Shown here: positions 57,355-64,000 of the stretch, in pieces
Numbering within the stretch: the first letter of the stretch is position 1
Layout: each line of letters begins with the position of its first letter
Assembly (NCBI GenBank): GCA_900315155.1
Contig: OMYB01000005.1
Location: 11,284-75,283, forward strand
Source of the DNA: an uncultured Selenomonadales bacterium
GTDB lineage: Bacteria > Bacillota > Negativicutes > Selenomonadales > Selenomonadaceae
Direction of reading: 5' to 3'
Length of the DNA: 64,000 nucleotides
Made by a program: the position numbers and the translations under genes
The notes under the pieces: generated by a model
Database searches by the model: none
Seen by the model: only the letters and a program-made list of their open reading frames with translations
What the model was told of the DNA's origin: nothing

Positions 57355-58482
57355 TTGGCATATCGTGTCATGTTGATTGAGAACGATCGCCTGCTCCTCG
57401 GACAGCTGGCCAAAGCGGTCGAGGAGGCCGATGGCTTCCAGCTCGTTGCCCGCTATCAGAATGCGAACGATGCGCTCGGCCAGGGCAAGATGTTCAGCCC
57501 AAACATCATCCTGCTGAATATGGATGCGCAGGATGGCGCTACGCTGATGGAGAAATTCATTCAGGCGTTTCCGGAGGCATCCATCATCTGCATGAGCGAA
57601 CGCTCTCAGGCGGAGGGCGTCAGCAGCATGATCCAGGCTGGTGCAAAGGGCTTTATCATCAAGCCGTTTACCTCAGCCGAGCTGAAGGCGTCTGTGGAAA
57701 CCTTTGCCAAGAGCGGCATGGAAGTGGATTCCCATGTCATGACGTTCTTCAGTCCGAAAGGCAAGAGCGGCAAGACGACGTTGATCGCGAACCTGGCCCT
57801 CGCCCTTGGGCGGCGCACGCACGAGCAGGTCGGTATCATCGATGCGGACTTGCAGTTCGGCGATATGATGGCCTTCTTCAACCTGAAACCGAAAGCCACG
57901 ATCGTCGAGGCTGCCCATGAGATCAAGTTCATGGCACCCATCACGTTTCAGGGATATTTCGAGCCGGTGAATGAGTATGTCCATGTACTCTGCGGCACGA
58001 CGACGCCGAATCTCATTGACCGCGTGTCCATTCATGGATTCCGCAATGTCGTGAATATGGCGCGAAACCTGTTCCGCTACATCCTCATCGATGTGCCGCC
58101 GGGATTCAATCCGACCTCCATCGAGGCAGCGGAGCTTTCCGATACGACCTATGTCATATCCATGCTCAACGGCGGTTATGAAGTTCAGCATGAGCGGCGT
58201 GCCTTGGAAATTTTCAAGGACTGGAATGATTACGACACACGCGTCAAACCGGTATTCACCCGCGTCACGCCATGCAACAGCGACTCGAAGCATCGCCTGG
58301 AGATGGAGCTCGGCGAGCCGGTCGATGCCATTATCCCGAACGCCTATCAGGTCGTCTCGGAGGCCGCGAATAACGGCAGCATGGCTGTGGATATCGAGCC
58401 GGACAGCGAACTGTCGCAGAGTGTCAACCGCATGGCTGAAAAAATCATCGGCCATCATCGGATTCGGTGGGATAAGCCATGA
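57355..58482 (+). CDS. cpaE: TadZ/CpaE: receiver-like N-domain plus ParA/MinD-type ATPase
   Basis: 375 aa. Has FFSPKGKSGKTT and IIDADLQFGD. TTG start. Confidence 0.8.
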   Translation: MAYRVMLIENDRLLLGQLAKAVEEADGFQLVARYQNANDALGQGKMFSPNIILLNMDAQDGATLMEKFIQAFPEASIICMSERSQAEGVSSMIQAGAKGFIIKPFTSAELKASVETFAKSGMEVDSHVMTFFSPKGKSGKTTLIANLALALGRRTHEQVGIIDADLQFGDMMAFFNLKPKATIVEAAHEIKFMAPITFQGYFEPVNEYVHVLCGTTTPNLIDRVSIHGFRNVVNMARNLFRYILIDVPPGFNPTSIEAAELSDTTYVISMLNGGYEVQHERRALEIFKDWNDYDTRVKPVFTRVTPCNSDSKHRLEMELGEPVDAIIPNAYQVVSEAANNGSMAVDIEPDSELSQSVNRMAEKIIGHHRIRWDKP

Positions 58483-59462
58483 GATTCTTGATTGCTTTTC
58501 TCGTCATGCTCGGCTCCTTCATTTTCTGCTTTGCCTATATTCATGGACAGCAGCAGAAACAGAAGCAGCTCGAGGAGCGTCTTGAGACCTTCTCGCATAT
58601 CCAGCGCCCACAGCAGCGCAGGAGAACCTTCACGAAGAGGAAAGTCGACCGCGAAGCGCTGCAGGAAAAGTTCTTTGTTCTGGTTCGCAAGCTTTCCCAA
58701 AACTGGAAGGGCGTCAATGTCAGGGTCGATTATGACCTCAAGATGCAGCAGGCCGGATGGCCGCTGCTGGGCAAAGAATTCCAGATGGCCTTGCTTCTGC
58801 TGGCGCTGGCAGGCGGCCTGCTGGCAGGCCTGCTGATGTGGAACCCCTTGATGGGGCTTGTCGGTGCGGCCGGTGGCATATTGCTGGGCTTGGTTTCGAT
58901 GAATATTGCCATCCAGAAGCGCCAGAAAGCCTTCGCCAATCAACTTGGCGATATGCTCACGATGGTCTCGAATGCCCTCCGCTCCGGTTTTTCCTTTATG
59001 CAGGCTATCGAAATGGTAGCCAAGGAAATGGATGATCCGATTGGCGGAGAGCTCGGTGAAGTCATCCGCGAGACCCGGTTCGGTACGCCGCTCGATAAGG
59101 CGCTGGAGCATATGAGCAGCCGCGTGCAGAGTTCGGATTTCAACCTCGTGGTTACGGCCGTCCTGATCCAGCGTCAGGTCGGTGGCAATTTGTCACAGAT
59201 TCTGGATACGATCAGTGATACCGTAGAGGACAGAATCCGGATGCGCCGCGAAGTGCGGGCATTGACGTCACAGGGCAGGGCCTCTGGTGTGGTACTGGCG
59301 GCCCTCCCCATTGGCTTGGCAGCTATCTTGTCCTTTGTCAATCCAACCTATCTGGATCCGTTATGGAACGAGGATATGGGACGTATGGCTGTGGCTGGTG
59401 GTATTATCTTAGAAATTATCGGTTTTTATGTTATCAATCGCATCGTAAATATCGATATATAA
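58479..59462 (+). CDS. tadB: TadB (T2SS F-family inner-membrane platform protein)
   Basis: 327 aa with a T2SF domain (LRSGFSFMQAIEMVA). Confidence 0.85.
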   Translation: MRFLIAFLVMLGSFIFCFAYIHGQQQKQKQLEERLETFSHIQRPQQRRRTFTKRKVDREALQEKFFVLVRKLSQNWKGVNVRVDYDLKMQQAGWPLLGKEFQMALLLLALAGGLLAGLLMWNPLMGLVGAAGGILLGLVSMNIAIQKRQKAFANQLGDMLTMVSNALRSGFSFMQAIEMVAKEMDDPIGGELGEVIRETRFGTPLDKALEHMSSRVQSSDFNLVVTAVLIQRQVGGNLSQILDTISDTVEDRIRMRREVRALTSQGRASGVVLAALPIGLAAILSFVNPTYLDPLWNEDMGRMAVAGGIILEIIGFYVINRIVNIDI

Positions 59463-59536
59463 TTTAGGAGATGCTAATCCCATTTTAGGGTTTGCATATA
59501 AAGAAAAGGTTCTATTGTTTTAAGGGAGGATTCATT

Positions 59537-59725
59537 ATGGTAGAAATCATGGAGTATCTGAAGGCACGTTACATGGATCAGAAGGCACAGGGCATTGTTG
59601 AGTACGCACTCATCCTTGCATTTGTCGTCGTTGTCGCTGTTGCTATCGCCAGCGGTGGGGACCTCCAGACGAAGGTAAGCTCCGTATTCGATGCAATGTC
59701 CAACTCGTTTAGCAAAAAATCCTAA
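59537..59725 (+). CDS. flp: Flp-family type IVb prepilin
   Basis: 62 aa from MVEIMEY. The processing motif is G|IVEYALILAFVVVVAV. RBS is AAGGGAGG. Confidence 0.8.
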   Translation: MVEIMEYLKARYMDQKAQGIVEYALILAFVVVVAVAIASGGDLQTKVSSVFDAMSNSFSKKS

Positions 59726-59755
59726 TTTAATTTCTCTGTGGATGGGGGCAGTATC

Positions 59756-60181
59756 ATGAGCAAGTTCCAAAAGGGTCAATCGATTGTGGAGTTTGCCGTG
59801 GTATTGCCCTTGTTTTTTTTGCTATTATGGGGATTTGTCTATTTTGGCATGTTCTTCTCTGACTATCTGATGCTGAACAACATGGCACGCAGCAGTGCCC
59901 GTGAGGCATCGCTGCAGGAGTCTGTTAGCGATATTGCTGCAAAATATACGAAAGAATGTAAGAAAAATCAGATCACGAAGTTATATCAACTCAAGGAATT
60001 TTATATTGGAGAAGACCCGGATGATCATTCCAATGTTTATGTTCGCATCACGGAATCGATGAATACCGGGGATTCGAATGCGAATATCCTGAATCGGACC
60101 TTTCAGGGCTTTTTGGGAGATTCCGCTTTACAAAGCTTTCAGATTGAATATCGTATGTATTGGGAAGCCAAAAAGAGTTAA
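59756..60181 (+). CDS. TadE-like pseudopilin
   Basis: MSKFQKGQSIVEFAVVLPLFFLLLWG... Confidence 0.75.
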   Translation: MSKFQKGQSIVEFAVVLPLFFLLLWGFVYFGMFFSDYLMLNNMARSSAREASLQESVSDIAAKYTKECKKNQITKLYQLKEFYIGEDPDDHSNVYVRITESMNTGDSNANILNRTFQGFLGDSALQSFQIEYRMYWEAKKS

Positions 60182-60242
60182 TTTTTTAGGTTGAAAATTC
60201 CTGCGCAAGCAGATTATGGTATACATAGAGGAGTTGACATCG

Positions 60243-61640
60243 ATGTCCCTTTTGACACGCTTGGGGAGGCCGGATGGCTCGAACCATCAGGTGCGTATCT
60301 TTGCTACGAAATCGACAGAAGATAATCGAGTGGAATCGTATCTTCTGGCGAAGCAGAGAGTTCATCAGCGCATTATCGATGAGATGACTCCGAGTGAGCA
60401 GACGATCCTGTTGACCGGCCATCAGGATCGTACCCAGGTTGAGCAGATTATCAACGGATATATCCAGCGTTTTGCCGAGGAGGATCCGTTTGCCATCCCG
60501 CATGATTACCGCGGGCAGATGGTCGATGATATCGTTAACGATATGCTGGGCCTGGGGCCGATTGAGTCCCTGCATCAGGATGAGACCGTCAGCGAGATCA
60601 TGGTCAATGGGCCGGATCAGGTCTTCGTCGAGCGCATGGGCAAGCTGGAACTCACGAAGGTGAAGTTCCACGACAACGATCATCTCATGCACATCGTCGA
60701 CCGTATCCTCGCCCCTCTCGGCCGCCGTATCGATGAAGCATCGCCTCTCGTCGATGCCCGTCTCGAGGACGGTTCCCGTGTCAATATCATCATCCCGCCG
60801 CTGGCACTCAAAGGGCCGTGCCTCACCATCCGTAAATTCTCGAAGAAGCCGTTCTCCGTGGAGAACCTCATCTCCTTCGGCACGATAGACCGCAAGATGG
60901 CTCAGTTCCTGCGTGCCTGCGTCAAGGCCCGCGTGAACATCCTCGTATCCGGTGGTACGGGTTCTGGTAAAACGACGACGCTGAACGTCATCTCGTCGTT
61001 TATCCCAGAGACCGAGCGTATCGTCACGATCGAGGATGCGGCCGAGCTGCGCCTGCAGCAGACCCACGTGGTCACGCTCGAGTCCCGCCCGGCGAATATC
61101 GAGGGCAAAGGCCAGATCACGATCCGCGACCTCGTACGCAATGCCCTGCGTATGCGTCCGGACCGCATCATCGTCGGCGAGGTCCGCAGCGGCGAGGCAC
61201 TGGACATGCTCCAGGCCATGAACACCGGTCATGATGGCTCGCTGACGACAGCCCATGCCAACAGCCCGCGCGATGCCCTCTCCCGTCTGGAGACGATGGT
61301 ACTCATGAGCGGACTCGAGCTGCCGGTCAAGGCGATCCGTGAGCAGATTTCGTCGGCTATCGACCTCATCATCCAGCAGTCCCGTATCCGCGATGGCAGC
61401 CGTAAAATCACCTATATCACCGAGGTGCAGCGCATGGAGGGCAACACGATCACGACACAGGATCTGTTCCGCTATGTGCAGACCGGTATCGATGAAAACG
61501 GCAAATCCATCGGCAAATTCGTCTCGACGGGCCTGAAGCCCAGCTTTTTTGATAAGTTCACGCTGTATGGCGTGGAGCTTCCGGATGATTTCTTTGATGC
61601 CGATCCGGATACGAGACGGCTGGATGGAGGCGATTACTGA
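60243..61640 (+). CDS. cpaF: Tad secretion ATPase CpaF/TadA
   Basis: Has the Walker [24 protein letters not shown] and [11 protein letters not shown]. Confidence 0.9.
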   Translation: MSLLTRLGRPDGSNHQVRIFATKSTEDNRVESYLLAKQRVHQRIIDEMTPSEQTILLTGHQDRTQVEQIINGYIQRFAEEDPFAIPHDYRGQMVDDIVNDMLGLGPIESLHQDETVSEIMVNGPDQVFVERMGKLELTKVKFHDNDHLMHIVDRILAPLGRRIDEASPLVDARLEDGSRVNIIIPPLALKGPCLTIRKFSKKPFSVENLISFGTIDRKMAQFLRACVKARVNILVSGGTGSGKTTTLNVISSFIPETERIVTIEDAAELRLQQTHVVTLESRPANIEGKGQITIRDLVRNALRMRPDRIIVGEVRSGEALDMLQAMNTGHDGSLTTAHANSPRDALSRLETMVLMSGLELPVKAIREQISSAIDLIIQQSRIRDGSRKITYITEVQRMEGNTITTQDLFRYVQTGIDENGKSIGKFVSTGLKPSFFDKFTLYGVELPDDFFDADPDTRRLDGGDY

Positions 61641-62572
61641 TGCTGCGTGCTATCTGTGCCATCTCGCTGGGGCTCTTCGTTTTCCTGGTCCTGGCGGCCG
61701 TGATCCTGCGGAAAGAGAATTCCCAGAAACAGCTGGAAAATCGTTTCCGGGAACTGAAGCAGCCGCACCAGCGCGTGCAGGCGCAACGGACCGTGGGAAG
61801 GGAGAAAAAAGATATTCCCTTCCGGGAGCGTGTCCTGGAACCGCTCATCAAGCAGCTGGAGCAGATGGCCAATCAGCTCACACCGGTCGAGATGCGTGCC
61901 TGGCTGAACCATCGTATCGTTCTCGCATGCAAGACACGGCAATTAACACCTGGCTCGGTGTTCGGTGCCATGATGGTATCCGGTATCCTCTGCTTTGGTA
62001 TGCTATGGGTCTATGCCAAGAATCAGGAGTTTGCTTTTCCACAGATGCTGGCCATCGAGATGATCGGTACGCTCGTGGGGATGTATGTGCCGTTGTTTAC
62101 GCTCCATGTCATGATTCAGAAGCGTCAGAAACAGCTCATGAGGGAATTGCCGGAGGTTCTCGACCTGCTCTGCGTCAGCGTGCAGGCAGGCCTTTCCTTT
62201 GACGCTTCGCTTGAAAAGATCACATCGCGCATGGAGGGCGAGCTCATCAACGAGTTCCGCCATTTTCAGGATGATGTCCGCATGGGCATGGTGCGCCGCA
62301 CCGCAATGAAGAATCTCGCCGCCCGCTGTGAATTGCAGGATATCTCGCTGTTTATGACATCCCTCATCCAGGCGGAGCGCCTCGGTACGAGCATGGGAAA
62401 GACACTGAAAAGCCAGGCGGATAACATCCGTGAGCGCCGTCGCCAGTATGTCAAGGCAGAGGCACTCAAGGCGCCGGTCAAGATTGTCTTCCCGCTCGTC
62501 CTGTTCATTTTCCCGGCGATCTTCGTTGTCACCCTTGTGCCGACGCTGCTTTTCCTTATGAAGAGTATGTGA
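61640..62572 (+). CDS. tadC: TadC (T2SS F-family inner-membrane platform protein)
   Basis: 310 aa with a T2SF domain. The start overlaps the cpaF stop. Confidence 0.85.
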   Translation: MLRAICAISLGLFVFLVLAAVILRKENSQKQLENRFRELKQPHQRVQAQRTVGREKKDIPFRERVLEPLIKQLEQMANQLTPVEMRAWLNHRIVLACKTRQLTPGSVFGAMMVSGILCFGMLWVYAKNQEFAFPQMLAIEMIGTLVGMYVPLFTLHVMIQKRQKQLMRELPEVLDLLCVSVQAGLSFDASLEKITSRMEGELINEFRHFQDDVRMGMVRRTAMKNLAARCELQDISLFMTSLIQAERLGTSMGKTLKSQADNIRERRRQYVKAEALKAPVKIVFPLVLFIFPAIFVVTLVPTLLFLMKSM

Positions 62573-62587
62573 GGTTTTTGGGAGAGC

Positions 62588-62953
62588 GTGGCGTTTGTTA
62601 TGAAGAGAGTTGCCTTACAGGCTGATGGCCTGGATGCTGTTTTTTCTGTATGGATGGCAGATTCTTTCCTTACCCGTTTTTGCGGATTGATGATGCGTAG
62701 GTCCTTGCCTGAAAAACAAGGACTTTTGTTGGTGCCGTGCAGCAGCATCCATATGTGTTTTATGAGATTTTCCATTGATGTCATATATCTTGATAAGCAG
62801 GGGCGTATCGTAAAAGTTGTGCGTAACCTGCATCCATGGATAGGGCTCTCCCTGTGTTTCGGGGCACATGCTGCCATAGAATTCAAGGCTGGAACGGCAG
62901 ATAGACTGGGTCTGAAATGTGGTCAGGTTTTAAGAAGGAGGGTGTCCATATGA
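62588..62953 (+). CDS. DUF192 domain protein
   Basis: RFCGLMMRRSLPEKQGLLL.PCSSIHMCFMRFSIDVIYLD. Confidence 0.8.
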   Translation: MAFVMKRVALQADGLDAVFSVWMADSFLTRFCGLMMRRSLPEKQGLLLVPCSSIHMCFMRFSIDVIYLDKQGRIVKVVRNLHPWIGLSLCFGAHAAIEFKAGTADRLGLKCGQVLRRRVSI

Positions 62954-64000
62954 AACCGTGGAAATATTTTCTGCATAGGAGCAGACAAAGCGGAGACATC
63001 CTGATTGCCTTTGCTGTTCTTATTCCTTTGCTATGCGCGCTGGGAGGTCTGACTCTTGACGTAGGCAATATTTATGTGACGAGAAGCCGTCTGCAGAATG
63101 CAACGGATTCCGCTGTGATTGCCGGAGCCTATCAGATTGGCAACTCGGAACGGGTGGATCAAACGGTACAGGAGTATCTGTATTCCAATACCAGGCAGGC
63201 CTATGATTCTGTTATCTACGGAGAAAAAGCGCCTGAGGCAGAGCGTACTGCTTCTTATACGATCGATGCGTCCAAGCAAAATGAATTAGACGTTACCATG
63301 TATGCCAAAGTTCCTTTTTCCTTTTTGCGTTTTTTTGGATTCAAGTCGTATGATGTATCTGCTACATCCAAGGCCAGAATCGGCCAGCAGGGCTTGACGG
63401 ATGAAATGTTCAAATACAGCCTCGTTGCTGCACACAAGTCTTCCTCAGACTATGACTTTAATAACTGGCAATCCCGTCAACAAGATTATGGATTATGGTT
63501 TGATGCTGAGGGAATGGAAATCGAAGGCGATATCATGACCAATGGTAAAATCGTCTTTAACCAAAGTGCAAAAAGTTATCTGAAAGGTACCTTGAACGTC
63601 TCAAAAGATGGTGCTTCAGCAGGAAAGAGTTTTTCCCAGTCGTTTTGGCGTAATAATGTGCAGGTAACGAAAGACTATGATCCAACGGTATGGGGAGCAT
63701 ACGGATGGAATAACGGTCAGATGGAATGGTATACCCTGGTCGATGAAAATGGCGATCCACTTACCAAGGAAATCAAAAAGTCAAATGGACATTTCACCGA
63801 TGTCAATACCGATAAAGTCGTTGTACAGGATAAAAATATCGATATTTCTGTAGAACACAATTCGTCCATCAAAGCACTTTTGGATAGCTACAAGAGCATG
63901 AGTGTCAAAGACCGGGAAGCACAACACATTTATTATGATGATAATAGAAATAATGGCTCCTACAACTTCAGTTCATCGCATACACGGGTTTATCCAGCTT
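62950..64000 (+). CDS. TadG-like large pseudopilin/pilus-associated protein (3' end outside the window)
   Basis: Not in the ORF track because there is no stop in the window. ATG overlaps the DUF192 stop (ATGA). The N-terminus SGDILIAFAVLIPLLCALGGLTLDVGNIYVTRSRLQNATDSAVIAGA matches the Tad N-terminal domain. The frame is open to 64000. Confidence 0.7.
   Translation, partial: MKPWKYFLHRSRQSGDILIAFAVLIPLLCALGGLTLDVGNIYVTRSRLQNATDSAVIAGAYQIGNSERVDQTVQEYLYSNTRQAYDSVIYGEKAPEAERTASYTIDASKQNELDVTMYAKVPFSFLRFFGFKSYDVSATSKARIGQQGLTDEMFKYSLVAAHKSSSDYDFNNWQSRQQDYGLWFDAEGMEIEGDIMTNGKIVFNQSAKSYLKGTLNVSKDGASAGKSFSQSFWRNNVQVTKDYDPTVWGAYGWNNGQMEWYTLVDENGDPLTKEIKKSNGHFTDVNTDKVVVQDKNIDISVEHNSSIKALLDSYKSMSVKDREAQHIYYDDNRNNGSYNFSSSHTRVYPA

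Overview
This 64-kb window spans the chromosomal replication origin of a high-GC Firmicute-type genome that also encodes outer-membrane machinery (an autotransporter and a Tad secretin). I infer a diderm Negativicutes or Selenomonadales-like organism.

Left arm, mostly minus strand:
- Partial acyl-CoA ligase, ubiX, a periplasmic-sensor EAL phosphodiesterase and an autotransporter.
- A decayed zone holding a frameshifted metallophosphoesterase, an orphan DUF234 ATPase and a hydrolase remnant.
- A three-gene archaeal-type glutamate synthase.
- A roughly 5-kb AT-richer accessory islet: Uma2 nuclease, HTH plus a truncated Hanks kinase, a divergent XRE pair with a 2-gene membrane cassette, and YafQ/DinJ.
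- An M23 peptidase, DUF4446 and parB-parA.
- A roughly 10-kb metabolic insert: split metH, pfkA, bioB, ZTP-riboswitch-controlled purH-like gene and two secreted hypotheticals.
- rsmG-mnmG-mnmE-jag-yidC-yidD-rnpA-rpmH.

Origin: oriC is bipartite. DnaA-box clusters lie on both sides of dnaA, and DnaA-trio-like CTA repeats plus an AT-rich element lie just upstream of dnaN.

Right arm, plus strand:
- dnaA-dnaN-yaaA-recF-DUF721-remB-gyrB.
- No gyrA follows. Instead there is an AT-richer island with a prepilin peptidase, a GtrB-like GT2 plus two polytopic membrane proteins, and a complete Tad/Flp pilus locus running off the window.

Non-genic signals worth a second look:
- Five parS palindromes (TGTTTCACGTGAAACA), each at the tip of a longer locus-specific hairpin.
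- An extra DnaA-box cluster 9.5 kb from dnaA.
- A ZTP (pfl) riboswitch.
- An unexplained roughly 400-nt leader-like region with two near-identical SD plus 3-codon mini-ORF units.
- A G7 tract that frameshifts a secreted protein inside its signal peptide.
- Paired TGTGA-N7-TCACA operators between the divergent XRE genes.

I saw no rRNA, tRNA, CRISPR or transposase genes. All GC-content statements are by-eye impressions and need computing.
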